This document shows, in pieces, positions 1 to 13,661 of a stretch of DNA of 64,000 nt. Position 1 is the first letter of the stretch. Each line of letters opens with the position of its first letter. A program made the position numbers and the translations under genes. The notes beneath the pieces are model-generated. The model ran no database searches and was not told where the DNA came from. It saw only the letters and a list, made by a program, of their open reading frames with translations. The DNA comes from Lama guanicoe (taxonomy: Eukaryota): the NCBI GenBank assembly GCA_013239625.1, contig MU054391.1:870001-934000 (forward strand). Reading direction: 5' to 3'.

Positions 1-32
1 GGTGGGAAGGTAGCGCACAGACGGCTACTCAC

Positions 33-106
33 CAAAACCCATCTTGTTTCACTTCAAGCGCTGATTAAAATACCCCGACAAAGAGCGAACATAGTGCAGC
101 CTTTGT
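33..106 (-). other. Candidate 74-nt spliced exon of an unidentified minus-strand gene (may end in ATG GGT TTT G)
   Basis: Minus strand reads ttgttgcAG|ACAAAGG...AAGATGGGTTTTG|GTGAGT. The donor is consensus but the polypyrimidine tract is weak. All three frames contain a stop, so at most this is a UTR/start exon. Confidence 0.3.
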
Positions 107-826
107 CTGCAACAACCCCAGGTCACCAGACAGCCGGCCAAGGTCAAGGCCACCTCCCTGCAAGGCAGCTACACGTGTGAGGGGCTGCAGCTGATGCTGG
201 GGGCTTTGCAACCCACCTGGAATCTCAGTCAGACCAGGGACCTTCGCGCACCTACTTCAGTCATTCCATTGTATTTCCTTCCAGAAACTGACTGGCAAGC
301 TGCCCGTTAGCGAGGACAGGAAGTCTGGGAGCCGAGGGGCGTTGGAAAGACCTCTCATCAGTAAGAAACAGCAGATCTGCTGAGTGGGTCTAAAGGCCCC
401 CTTGCTCCTAACCCAAACCAAGCCCTCCGTCACTCGGGAGACTGGGCCTCTCGGCGTTCATCTCAGGGAAGGGCTGGACGTAGAGCCATCGCTACCGTAA
501 ATAACTCCTGATTAAATCTGATCGGCATTTTATACACTGTGTACAGGTCTCTGGATAGATCTGGAGAGGCAGCAACTTCCACATCGGAGGTTCTAGAAAG
601 GCTACGTGTGTACAATAAACATTCTCTCTCACCCACTGGCAGGGGGAGAGGCTAGCATGCACTTTTCAGGTGGTCGGGTATGAGGCTTTGCGTCAAGGAC
701 CCAGTCCTCCTCCACTGGGCGAGATTCTTGTACCACATCCTGGTTGCTTCTCCCCTCTAAGGCCCAGTTTTAATATCGGTAAAACAAAACTTTAATAAAG
801 CAGCTGTGAGTTTTCCCAAGCATTAA

Positions 827-877
827 GTCCACCCACCCGTCCACCCGTCCACCCACCCACCCGTCCACCCATCCGTC
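827..877. repeat. Degenerate (CCAC/CCGT/CCAT)n tetranucleotide repeat
   Basis: gtccacccacccgtccacccgtccacccacccacccgtccacccatccgtc read directly. Confidence 0.85.
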
Positions 878-3800
878 GGCTGATGGGGTTGTTTAAAGTT
901 GAAAGGAGATCATGCACTCAAAGTGCTCCCTGCGTTGCCCTTGGGGCTGTCTGTTCTGTAAATTGTGAAGTGGCAGCTATTCCTGTGTGACTGGACCTGA
1001 GAGGGGTCACCAGTCATAACCTTCCGAGAAACGCAGGATCTGAGACGGAGCTTCTCCATTCCGGACACTGGGTGGTTCCTGACTCCGGACAAATTGAGCA
1101 CAGTTTCTTCACCTCGGGGGTCCCTTCCCAGATCGCATGCCTAAGGAACCTTCCCCTTCCCTGACCGTGGCTGTCATTTGAGCTCGTCTGAATCCCCGGA
1201 GGCTGGGACCACACCACCCCTGCGGGAACTGGTCTGCAGTTGCGTTTGTGCCTGCTGCCGCCTCCCTGACCTTCCCCACGGGAACGCTTACTTGTCGCTG
1301 CACAAGCCTGGCAGAGGGCCAGCTGCGCAGTCCACGGCCCAGAGAGGACGCGGTGACGCCTCAGGACCATGCCGAGAGTTGCCACTTGCTGATTATCCTG
1401 AGCCACTGACGACGCGCATGTGTGTTTTCTTCTTAAATTACGTGTTCGTAGGCAAGCCGTTTACGGGCTTGAAGACCAGGCGGTGGCGGGAGCGCCTGGG
1501 ACCCCTCCCTGCTTTCTGGTCTCCTGTCGTCTGCCCGGTTCTCAGCCCTCCCGCTCTTACAAACGCCGTCGTTCCGGGTTTCCTAGGGATCCTCCGACAT
1601 TCTCTGCAGATGCAAACACAAAAGGCTCCCACCCCCTCCTTCCGTCGCAGAAATGGTGGCCTGTCTGCTACACACTGTTCCCGGTTTGCACTCTTCACCT
1701 GACAGTGCATCTTGGAATACAGATCATCTAACTAATTGCGCCCTCCAGCACCGCGTCCTAGGGAGGCTAAGCCAACTGCCCAGGGTCACAGCGGAGCCCA
1801 GGTTTCTTTCATCTCAGTAGGAGCTCTTGTCCCTGCTCTGCTTCTAGCCTCAGTCCAGACCCAGTTACAGCACCTCAGGTGGCTCTCCAGCTGACTGACT
1901 GTGCATCAGCCCCTAATAAACGTAGACAGCCTAAAAATAAATTGTACTGATATCATACAACTGCATAAAGCATACAGCATCTTAAGATCCCTGTGAAAAT
2001 GGAGGCTGTGCATGGAAACGCGCACGCAGCAGCCGTGTGTTCGGTGCTAATTGAGATTCCTCCGCAGCACGGCCTGTGGTTGCTATGGACACCACCCCCA
2101 CGAGGAGGCTTAGAAATTCCTCCACACGCTCACCAGTGTGCATATTTCCCCTTTAATTCTCAGAGAAATCTCTGCATGTGGTGACTTACATGTAAGGATT
2201 TCGATGTTTGGGGTGGAAAGAAAGCTCACCCACCACCGCATCAAAGCAGCCACGAGACAAATATATTTACCATGTCCTCCACAAGGACCCAAATTTAAAA
2301 CATTCATCGCCCCTCGCCAGCCAGAATGAGCTTGTCCCCGCCTGTGCCAGGGCCCCCTGCAGGGCTACACCCTTGCGGTCCTCGCAGTCGCTGCGGCAGA
2401 CCCTGTGAGATAAAATGAAGCAGTGGCAGCCCCCCAACCCCGGCAGCGCCGCCTCCTCCTCCCCAAAAGAGGATGCTAGCCCAGAGCTCTGAGTCAGCCT
2501 GAGGCCGGGGCGGCGGGGATGCCTCCGAGTGATGGCCTGGCCGCGGGCCAGCGAGACGTCGGGGCACGGCTGATACTCTGAATGCTGCCATGTTGGCTGA
2601 AATGGACCCGTTATGATAAGTGACCTGCCGTCCCCATCACAGCCGTCCGCAGCCTCCCCTGTGCTGGGTGGGGTCCGCGGTGCGCGAGTGCGTCCCCAGC
2701 ATCCAGACACGGAGGCTGTGAGCCCAGGCCGCACCGGCCCCGCCTTGCCGGCCGTCCCCTCCTGTCCCCCCTTCCCCCGGGGGCACACGTTCTGCAGACC
2801 CTGGGCTTCCTCCCACCAGGGGAATAGAAGGAGATCGCACACTGGATTTCAGGTGAAGCGAAGGGGCAGCGAGGGGGTGGGCCCAGTGGTTGACGTGACA
2901 TTTCCACGTAACCGCCCCACCCTGTGCCTGTGGGAAATGGGTTCCTGGCTCCTCAGCCCAGGGCAGAGGGACAGGATGGGGTGACCCCTGCCCTCTGACA
3001 GTCTGTTTCAAGTAGGTGTGCGTCTCCTCTCAAGAGAGGCTAGAACCTCTGACCTGACACCACCTGCGAGTCATTGATGGGCTTCATATTAAATGACAAA
3101 CACGGAAACCAACTGCGCTGTTGGAGTTGCCTGAAACCTCGTCTCGTCCTCCAAAGCGGCAAATGGTAGAGAGCAGCCCCGGGGCAAAGCATAAGCTCAA
3201 AACGGGTGAAACAGCCAGGGACGGAAATGAGTCAGCCTGGCCCCGAAGTGCAGTGACACCCACGAGGCGCGGTCCTCCGTCTACAGTCACATCTTTGAAG
3301 GTGGAAAGAACTCCGTCCCAAGTCATACCAAGGAACGGACCAGCCACTGTGTTAGGGATGGAATCAGAGTGAAAGCTTCAGACAGGAGTCAAGTCACACG
3401 CTCAAGGAGGGACTGGAAGGGAAAGTCAAACACTGGCATCCTAGCGAGTGAGCGCCGCCACGTACACCCAAGTGGCCAGGACGTCCCAGCGGTGCTGCAG
3501 GCGGCCACCCCTCCCCCGCAGCGGCACTGACACTGTCCGGCTGCTGCGGACCCGAGCGGACCCCACAGACACGCCAGGTCTTTGCACTCTGTTACGTATT
3601 TGACACCGGCTGCTTTTCACGGTTTGTCCAGTTTCAGGTCGTCCTCCTGCAGCCACAACAGCAAAGCCTTTGAGTGTGACCTGAGAGGCACCCACCCCAT
3701 CCTCTTCCGCTGGGCCCCGTTCTCCCCAGGCCAGGGCCCGCCTGGCTGGAGCTCTGAGGGTCCTCTGGGCCGGGGGGGGAGGGCAGGGGGCAGGTCTGTG

Positions 3801-5092
3801 ACCCTGCGCCTGGAGAATCAATAAGGCTCCTTACCCCACCAAAGTTCTCAGCCCGCAGCCACCATCACCCACCTCAGAGGAGCGATCCTCCCCTCCAGAG
3901 CAGAGCCGCAGGGCATTCAGCCCGACTTCAGAACCGCCACTGGAGGCACTGAAAACCAGTCCACTGTGTCGCAGCTGCAGCCCTTTCCATAACTGGGAAG
4001 TTAGCTGCTTGTTTTCGCATGCTCTGCAGCGTCATCTACTTTCATTTACTTTATACCTGAGACAAGAATGACTCAACTAATCTTCAGAAAATGCCATCTT
4101 CTGGGGTAGTTTTGCAAAGCTCCCGTGCGCTACCAGCTGAAGGAAATGTGCGTCGCCGCGGGCGGCGGCGGGTCGGAAGCTCCGGGCTCCGTGGGCCACC
4201 CAGACCAGGGCCTCAGAGAGCTCACGAGGGGGGCTTACCTTCCGCACCAGGAACTGCCGCCGCCACGCACGGCGAGAGGAGACGAGAAAACAAAACCTCA
4301 GCTGCTCCAGGGTGGGTGACGCCGCCTTCCCCCTCGTCTGTTACCCTGAACTTTGGGGGAATAAGAACCCTTTGTTGACTCTCTGCTTTTCCTCCTCTTC
4401 ATTTCCACCTGTGGCGCATGGACAGGTGTGTTCTTTCTATGTTCACTATGTTCTTATTTTTGGAATTTTTTTCTTGTGACAGGATGTTATTTCTTTTTAA
4501 GCAGGACTGCGCTAGTGGGAGCAGACTTAATAGAGATTGGACAGCATGTTGCTTACAGGGTTTTCAAACCTTTTTAACAGGAAGGTATGATATGCTCTCA
4601 AGAATTCCTTGTGAACCACTTCAGTACTTCGGCACATTTGCAAAATGAATAGTTGTTTGGCGAGGTAAATTATTCAGAGACTACTGCCAGATCCAAGGGA
4701 CACAGCCAATCACCTTACGAAGTAATGCGGAATAAGACGGGGCTTGTGTGCCTCCCGTGGCTCGCTTCAGGGGAGACAAGCCAACACCTTAATGAATTTC
4801 AATAAAAAGATTAGGGGAAAGATGCCGGATGCATTTTTGTGCCGAGGACGGGAGGACTCATTAAGATAACGAGGGACCGTGTGTTTCTTTACAGCAACTG
4901 CTGATTGCAGCCAAAGTCGGTGCCTTCCAGCTGAGAGCCAGTTCTGGGACCTGAACGGGCTTCGACCTGCCCAGAGGTGTGACACTCCACATGGACGGCA
5001 CACGGGGGGGAGCCAGTCTACACCCCTGCAGGGCTGGTGTGAAGCCCTGAGCGAGCACCGTGTGTGCACCTGCTTCCTTCAGAAACCTTCAC

Positions 5093-5285
5093 TTTTTTCT
5101 TTTAATTGAAGTACAGTCAGTTACCGTGTGTCAGTTCCTGGTGCACAGCATCATGTTTCAGTCGCACATGCACGTACGTACATGCGTTTTCATGTTCTTT
5201 TTGCTATGGGGTACTACAGGATATTGAATACAGTTCCCTGTGTCATACAGTAGAAACTTGTTTATCCATTTTAATATGTAGTTTT
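5093..5285 (-). mobile_element. LINE-1 3' UTR terminal fragment
   Basis: T-run followed by aattgaagtacagt...tggtgcacagca...agttccctgtg...tacagtag. It matches the reverse complement of the L1 3' ends at about 14.6-14.8 kb and 52.4-52.57 kb. Confidence 0.85.
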
Positions 5286-5504
5286 TGGTTTGTTTTTGCA
5301 GGGAAATATGCTGGAGGGAGCCAGACAAAGATCTCACCACGACCGGCTGCCTTTTTCCCCTTTACCCTGGGTGGTACATTCAGTGTTGCTTCTACAAACA
5401 AGACCCTGCTGGAGATAAAATCCACCCCAGGAGTGAAAGCTACCACGTCCATGGCTTACACAGCTACACTCACGCACGCGGACATGCCCACTCAGTGTCT
5501 TAAA

Positions 5505-5530
5505 ACACACACACACACACACACACACAC
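5505..5530. repeat. (AC)13 microsatellite
   Basis: Direct read. Confidence 0.95.
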
Positions 5531-8500
5531 AGTGAAGCACCAGAGGTTGCACAGACATTTCAAACTCAGGATGCCCAAGGGTTGGTTTACTATGTGCCCC
5601 CAAGCCTGCCCCGTCTCCTGCAGCTGGGGGCTTCTCCTGGTGTCGGGAGGAGCCTGCCTGCCCAGACGTCCGCCGGGGTGGCTGAGAGCGAGGCTGCGGG
5701 GAAGGGCAGGGCAGGCGTGGGGCAGCTGCACTGGGTCGGCCCCGCCGTGGCCCTGGCTGGGTAGCTGGCCTCTGGGAGCCCGAGGTGCCTCGTCTGCGAA
5801 GCAGAGCGCAGGACACCGACCTCCCCCAGCTGTGCTGAGAGCCACAAACAAAGCGTGGGAAGCACAGCCCAGGACCTGACGCCCACCTTGGGAACAGCCG
5901 GTGCCAGCAAAGAAGGAAACGAATCATAAACGCAACGTGGAGGTCGAAGATGGCAGTGCAGCCGCGGCAGGGCCGTCACCACGAAGCCCACCAGCGATGC
6001 GAGACGCCGTCCACCTTGCGTGCAGTCCTGCAGGGGCCCGCGGATGGTGGTCAGTGGGCCACAGCCGCCCCACAGCCTCCTTCTGTGAATAGAGCTTTAC
6101 TGGCACACAGCCGCGCCAGGCACTGACGCACTGACTGGGCACTGTGATGGCAGAGGTGAGCAGCTGCCATGGAGGCCATCTGACTTGCAGGGCTCGAGAC
6201 ACTTGCCGTCTGACCCACTGAAGGGAGGTCTGCCGCCTCTGAGAAGAGCTGAGCATCCCGAACGCCCAGAACAGCTGTCGAGCCCTTGACCTCGGGACGC
6301 TCAGAAGAGCTTTAATCTGCGGGGTCTTCTTGGCGGTTCTTAATTTTTTGCCCCCGTTGTGAACGACAGCCACTGCAGTAACAGTGTCTTCTAGCTCAAT
6401 AGGATTAAAGCCAGTTTTCAGCAAGTAAAGGCCCATGTTTCATTTATCTCTAGCTTGGAAGGAAGAGGGGTGCTCAGAGCAGACTGGAAGCCGTGTGAGG
6501 ATGGAGAGTAAAGGCAGCCGCGCCCCCACATGTGGAAGAACAGGAAACACCCGCCCGGACCAGGCCTCCCGAAGGCGCCACCCGACCTGAGTCACGGCAT
6601 CTGAAAGGTTCTCAGGGTCCGACCCTGAGCTCCGTGTGGAAGACGGTGCCGTAAGCCCGTCCAACACCAGGTGAGCCTCGTTCCTGCCCAGGTGACCAGC
6701 ACGCTGGCTTGTCGCCCGGATGCTCAGGAAGCGGATAAGGGAAGAGCCTCCGATGTTTCAGCAACAAACTCCGAAGGGCGAAGCCCGGAGCTCAGAAGGC
6801 CCGGGCGGGGGGATGAAGCCCACACCCCAGTGCTGCCTGCCCGACGGGGAGGCCTGCAGGGGAGGGACAGAGCCTGGCTCCACCGCCTGCCGCTTCCTTC
6901 AGCACCACCGGAGGTTAACAGGTTTTTCGGAACAGACTCAGCAGCCAGGCTTCAGCTCAGCAAGGTGCCTGTGTGGGGTCACGGCAAACAAAACACCACC
7001 GGATTCTCCGCACACTTTCCTCTGTCGGGCACCCCCATCCCAACCACCTCCTGTGTACTCGGGTTCTCCTGGCAGGACCGTCTCCCCCTCCACCCAGAGA
7101 GCCCCGCGGGGCCGGCAGCTGCCACGCCCCGCCTTCCCCAACCACAGCGGCGACAACAAGGGCAGCAGAAGCCACTCCCGGCAGAGGCATCCGCAGCGGC
7201 ACTGCCGCCCTCTCATGACCCGAAGTCACCACAAAGATCGCGAGACAAACTCAACACGTCTCTTCTTACTGCTTCTCACGTCCGTCATCGCCATTTTAAT
7301 TTTGCTTTATCTAAATGTCTGAGCCATCTGATTTTATACCCTTTGCAGCATTGTTCTTTCTTCATGGATGTCGACCACCTATTCTGTTGTCTAGACCCGG
7401 GAGTGTGTCTGCGCACCTGCCACACTCCTGGCGACACCGGGCATCACCAGTCACCGCGGTCCTGCTCTGATTATTAAATGCACACGCTTTCTGACACAGC
7501 GTGTGCCTCTCCCCCCGTCCTGCCAGCATCTGACGGTTCCTCGTCTGTTCACGGAGTGATCACATCAAGGGCGAAGGGGGCGGCTCTAACCGGTCAACCC
7601 CTAATCGCCTGAAGTCTGCGGATTCCACTCCACCGATGTTGACTGCCCCTCTGGGGTAATTATAATAATCACAGATAAGCGTGGGGAAGCTTTGATTGCA
7701 AAGTCCTAATTACAAAGAGTGAGTCCTTGCGAGCTGTGAGTGCTTCCAGGCCCGGCCCCGCCAGCCCCATCGCGGGGGGGTTTGCGGCAGGAAACGTCTG
7801 TTCCCGGATGGCGCCCCAGGACCATCCACACCCGGAGCAGCACACGCTTGCCGGGGAGGAGACTCACCCAGCGCCCACCCACCCACCGTGGCCCCCCCGG
7901 GGGGTGGGGCACAACCCTGGGGGATGTCCCTTGACCAAGGACGTGTCCCTTGGGGGACACGCTGTGAGCCTTGAGCAGCCCGCACTCCTGGCAGCTGGTG
8001 CAGCACCGGGGCCCAGTGCTGTGTGTCCCCTCCCGCAGGGATGCACCCAGGACCGTGGCTGTGAGTCACACCGACAGGAAAATGAGCCTAAGCTGGGTAC
8101 CTAGGCTTCTGCCCGGCACAGAGCTCCTGCCCTTGGTGGACAGCTGCCCCCTGGCGTCCTCACCTGGACGGAGCCCAGCGGAGCGTCCCTCCCACCTCCC
8201 CGCGCCCCCACCCCCAGGCCCCCTCCCAGAGGCAGATTCAGCAAATCCACGATGAGGGGAGGGGTGGGGGGGGAGCCTGGCGCAGTGCCTCCTAGAAGTC
8301 GGGAGCCACGTCCAGGCATCGCTTCTGAGACATGTGGAGAACTCCTAACCACGAGGAGCTGTGCCCGTGGTGAGCGCCCCACATGCCTTCCCGGGGGGCT
8401 CGGGACTGTGCGTCGCCCAGGGACGCGCTGGGACCCGCCGGAACGGAGAGCAGCCCTGAGCAGGGACGGCCCAGATGAGCGGGGCCATGTGGGTGCGCAC

Positions 8501-10214
8501 CCTTCATGCACACTTGTGGGTGAATGTCTGGGAACGTCAAAGCTAGACCTGGGGAAGCGCGTTGGCCTGGGCTTCAGAGCTGGCCCGTGGGGCTGCGAGG
8601 GGACACACTCCTTCCTAGCTGCCGGGATACTGGGCCGGGCTGGGAGTTCCTCACTTGGTCAGCTCTGTCGTGTGAAACGCCACTGCAGGAGTGCCCCCTT
8701 CCCATCTGGAAGCCTGCTCTGGAACGTTCCCTGAAGCATGTGAACTCGGGGACCCTGTTTCTCTCCGGTTGCCTGAGGGGTGAGCGCGTCGCCGTCAGAG
8801 AGAATCTGACAGACGCATCATCCAGGGGGAAGACAGCAAGTCGGTGGAGGAACCGGGCTGAGCGGCAGGGCCTGAGCCCTGAGGGCTGCACGGGGGCTGA
8901 GCAGACCCGCGTACCCTGCCAGGCGTACTCCACAGGCGTCTGTGCAGGGTGAGCACGGGGGCTGTCTTCCCAGAGCAGCTGCATCGGGAACAAGGTGACT
9001 GGAGCTCCGGGAGCTGCACCATGTCGCTCGGACCACGTCTTGTCCTCCACAGACCGTGTGTGGTGCCTGCCTGCTGCTCGGGGCTGACGCGGTCACCCTG
9101 GATGGTGCCTGGACGGCCTGTGCCACGCGGTGCACACGGGCTGTGGCTGTGTGGCTGCCCTGTCCCCATGGTGGTCACGGCAGGGACGGCGTGATGAAGT
9201 CCTCTCCCGTGGGGACTGAGGGAGCCAGGAGCTGCTGTCTCGAGCCCTCCTCCTGGGTTTGCACCCGAATGACAGGCAGACGAGACACGGGGGAGACGGA
9301 TGCTGCTCCGTCTTTGGAGCAGACCTGGAGAATGACTTCCCTGTCTCCCTTTTAGATTAGGAGCTAGACCCGTCCTAATGCTCCAAGAATTCAAACTGAC
9401 GCCTGCAGGGCAACACCTGCCCCCAGAAGCCCGCTGTGTCACCCCCATCGGCGAGGGTGGCTTCTCCAAATCGCACCCACTCCTCCGCCTTCCCGGGCAG
9501 TGAGGCGGCTCTCCACCTGCACGAGCTTCCCGGCAGGAGCGCCCCATGTAACGTGAGGTGGGAAGGATGTGGGCACCCCAGCCTGGCCGGCCGCACCCCC
9601 ACAGTCCCCTCGTAAGTGCTGGTAAGAACCCAAGTTCTGGCCCGTGTCAGGCTGAAAAGCTGCTCGATGTTCTGGGTTGGGTGGTTTCAGGCACTGTTCC
9701 GTTGAACCTTCATGAAAGGTATAGAATTATTATCGCCTCAAATACTCAGACGAGGAGGAGACGCTCGGAGTTCTCAGGGGCATGTCCACGGGCATGGCCT
9801 CCTGGGACTCGGCGTGTAGCACACGTGGGGCGAACGTCATTTCTTCCTAAAATGCGAGTGCCCCTTCTCAGCGTAGACAGAAACAGGGAACATTTGTGCT
9901 GACTTTCATCTCAGAACATCCTCCCTGACCAGAGAAAGCCGGTGGGTCCCAAGGTCACTGCAAGACTGCCGCCCTGCTCCCCGGAGGTCCGGGTGATGCC
10001 AGCAAAGGTGCCGCCGCCCCCGCGGGGAGCACGGACCCTCACCCACTCCGGACGGGCTCCTGCAGCCCTGGCTCCGCTCACCTTCCTCCCTTCTCGCCCG
10101 GCCACACTCAGGAGATCCAGAGGTTCTTACGGCAGGGGCCACGCGTCGAGACCACCGTCCTCCGCCCAGTCTGAAACTGCAGACGAGCCCCGCGAGTGCT
10201 CCTCGCGTGGGTGG

Positions 10215-10679
10215 GTGGGTGGGTGGCGTGTGTGCCCAGGGCGCCAGTCTCGCCGAGGAACAGGCGCAGAGGCCAGGGAGCCGCAGCCCAGCCGCTGGGC
10301 AACACGCGGCCTCCCACGTCGCGTGCGTACAGCCCCACGGTTTCCACCCCCCAGCTGTTTGCTTCTTTGTCCTCCTGGAGTCCCAGACCTCTTTCTGTTT
10401 CATCTTTTTATTTTTTTTTAAGTCAGCATATGTGTGGTCTCTTCCCAGTGGGTGGGTGGCCTGGGTGCCCAGGGCGCCAGTCTCGCCGAGGAACAGGCGC
10501 AGAGGCCAGGGAGCCGCAGCCCAGCCGCTGGGCAACACGCGGCCTCCCACGTCGCGTGCGTACAGCCCCACGGTTTCCACCCCCCAGCTGTTTGCTTCTT
10601 TGTCCTCCTGGAGTCCCAGACCTCTTTCTGTTTCATCTTTTTATTTTTTTTTAAGTCAGCATATGTGTGGTCTCTTCCC
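10215..10679. repeat. Tandem duplication, 2 x 233 bp, near-identical
   Basis: 10215-10446 recurs at 10448-10679. The only mismatches I see are 10228/10461 and 10231/10464. Confidence 0.95.
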
Positions 10680-10924
10680 TCTTTCCCTTCTTCACACACA
10701 TGGGGCTTCGAGGTCTCTGCCCAGCCCGTCCCCTCTGGAACACGCGTCTCCGGGTGACACGGGGCTGGCTTTGCTCCAGCTCCCCCTGCGAGCCGGCCTG
10801 ACTGTCCCACAGTCCCGCACCAGGCCCCCTCGGCCAGCACTCCGTCACACTTCTCCGCACTGAAACCTTTCTAAAATGCAGAGGGATTTAGCCATTTATC
10901 CCGCCATTGTCTGAGTGTCACTGG

Positions 10925-11025
10925 GTGTAAGTTCCAGGAAAGCCCTGTTTTTGCCAGTTTGTCCCTGAAGTCTCCCGGGCACCCAGAACAGACAGCACAT
11001 AGTAGGTGTTAAATGTGTTCGTTCT
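10925..11025 (+). mobile_element. LINE-2 3' end remnant
   Basis: cccagaacagacagcacatagtaggtgttaaatgtgttcgtt resembles the L2 terminus (cctggcacatagtaggtgctcaataaatatttgttgaat). Confidence 0.6.
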
Positions 11026-13644
11026 TAAGAAATTGACGTACAGAAGCTCTACGGCAATGCTTTTGCACCATCAGGGCAGGGGCGGGGTCCTCCAGTCCCA
11101 AATAAACCCATCACACAGCCAGGGGCTCAGCCCAGAGGCCTGTACCTCGACACCGGCGGTCCCAGGACTCGGGGAACGGAGGCGCTGCAGAGGCTGCAAC
11201 TCCTGCCCAATATTTAAACCTACACCGAAGAGGCCGATTCTGTTCATTTTGCCCAATATTCATTGAGTGCCCACCAGCAGCGGGCCCCGGGCGATGGGCT
11301 GAGTAAGCGTAAGGAGAAGCCAGGGCGTCTCCTGCAGCTCGCGGGCCTGTGTGTGGTGACATTAGAAGACAAGCCTAGGGTCTGTGTGGACCACGACTTG
11401 AGGGCTGCCCTGAGAGCATCCGCCCTGAAAAAACCTGGAGAAGCCGGTGTGTCACGCCAAGCCAGTGAGCGCTGGAGGGGCCCGAGGGCCCGGACCCACC
11501 TGCACAGCTGTTCAGTGCAGCGTGCACGGGCTGCCTCCCTTCCCGGCGGCCTCGGGCTGGGGTGGGGGCAGGACTGGGTCAGCTCGGGGCCACCAGGGAC
11601 CAAGACTCCAGTGGAGGAGACTGCCCTCAGCTGCCATCTCCAAGCTGACTGGACCTCAGGTTTCGGAGCTCTCCCAAGTCCATCTTACTTACTTTCCAGA
11701 AGAAATCTTTATTTTATTCCCATTCATGCCCTTTCCTCAAATGTGGGCATGTTCCTCAAACCCGTGTCCTTCACTCTTGGTCCTTGGTCTCCGGGAGACC
11801 TCAGCCCTGGCGATGGCTTGAGTTCTCCAGGCCAGCTGTCCTTGAGTCACATGCCGTCCCCTCTCTTCCGTACGCAACTCCTCTGCAGACCACCTAACCA
11901 GACTTCAAAGGCGGGTCCCCATGAGCCTTGCCTGCCCTGCGTAGCCCCCTCCTGGGTCTGTGTCAGGCCCGGATCCTCTCTTGATGAGTACGATGCCGCG
12001 GATTGACGCTGCGTGGCTTCCAGCCCTAGGTCACATGACGTCTTGCTGCCTCCAGGTGGGTCCACACGGAATAGCTGCTCCCAAGGAATCCAGGGCAGGT
12101 GAAGTGTCTGGTTATCCAGAGCCCCCGCCTTGAGGAAGCCCAGGACAGCCGTGCGGAAAGGCCACGTGGAGACAGGGCTGCAGCCACCCCTTGCCGGTCC
12201 CCGCTCCCCAGCTTAGCGGCCGGACACACGTGAGTAAAGGGGGCCCTTGGACGTGGAGCCAGGCACCTTCAGGTGACCTCGCCACATCCGCCACTTGTCA
12301 GCAAGGCAGGCGCAGCTGCACGGGAGACCCACCCGCAGGGGGTGGCGGGCCCGCAGGACCGTGAGAGAGCAGGAGGCCGTGGGGGCCACTACGTTTGGGT
12401 GGACTTCGCTCACTTTCCCTTGCAGCAGACCCCAGACCCCCTCCCTCTGCAGTGCTCCTCACAGCCTGCCTTCCATTCCCCTGCCTGGACCTGCACCGAA
12501 GCCCCTAGACTCCCTCTGAGCAGCCGGCATCACAGCGCTTTCTACCTCTGGTCCAGGTGAAACACAGCCACTATCTTCACAGCACAAGGTGTGACCATCC
12601 TGCGGCTTTAAAACAAAAACAAATGCTTTTGGTAAAAGACGTGATGAACCATCATGAAGAAATAAACCAGATCCAGTTGTCTGCAGTGGAGAAGTGGGCC
12701 CAGAGCTCCCCATCCCTGGAGCCCCGTCCCGGGAGCCCGCAGGCCCCCGTGAGCATGGCTGGACGCAGACGGAGGCCCTGGAGAGACCCAAATCCCGAGA
12801 GGGCTGAGGGGAGGCTCCGCCTGCCTGAGTCCCTGGCAGGACACGATCAGCACCCTCAGACGCACAAGCACGACTTGTGGGCACTCCTGTGGATGCGGAC
12901 TTTCCTTAATCCTTAATTACTCTTAGTCAATTATATGAACTGAACTGAATGAGAAAATCATGACTGGAAGAGGATCAGTGGATAAAAAGTAAAAAAACAC
13001 TAAACACACTGGAATTCAGAGCCAGAGCATGATGGGGGGCAGTGCTGAAACCCAGACAGTGGTGACCATTCCCCAGACGATGGAGAAGTGTCACGTGGGG
13101 AACGTGGACAGTTTGAAAGTAACAAATGATTCTCATCTTTTGATGCTCGTCACCATTATTTTGCTTGTGTTTGGAGCAGGAACCCGACACGGTGACCAGA
13201 TGTTATACTTGCGTCCACAGACACACACACATGACTCATCGAGACACACGCGCGGGAGGGTTGGCATAATCGTGGACTGTCAGGCTTTTGTTCCTTGTCT
13301 GTGTCCGGTCAGTTACAGTGATGTCCGAGTGTCTGTCACACCGAGGCCATGTGGAGAGTCAGAACAGACGTTTCAGGGCGCAGAAGCACCCCCGCCACTG
13401 AGCGAGGCCAGAGGAAGCTGGAAAGGGGCCCGGCACGGTGTCCACAGGCAAGACGCTGAATGTGAAGAGTTGCTCAGAATGTGTTCAACTATATTAATCG
13501 ATAAAGCACTGAGATAATCATAGCCGAACTGCAGGCCTGACTGCAGGTAAATTAAGCAAAATAATTGACGTGAAAACTGACACGATCTATTTCTTCCTGT
13601 TACGAGGAAGGTTAAGGAAGGCTGGGTAAAGGGATTAAAATCAG

Positions 13645-13661
13645 TGACTCAGGAAATTCCC
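13645..13661. promoter_or_regulatory. Abutting AP-1 (TGACTCA) and NF-kB (GGAAATTCCC) consensus motifs
   Basis: TGACTCA at 13645-13651 is immediately followed by GGAAATTCCC at 13652-13661 (reverse complement GGGAATTTCC). Motif match only. Confidence 0.4.
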
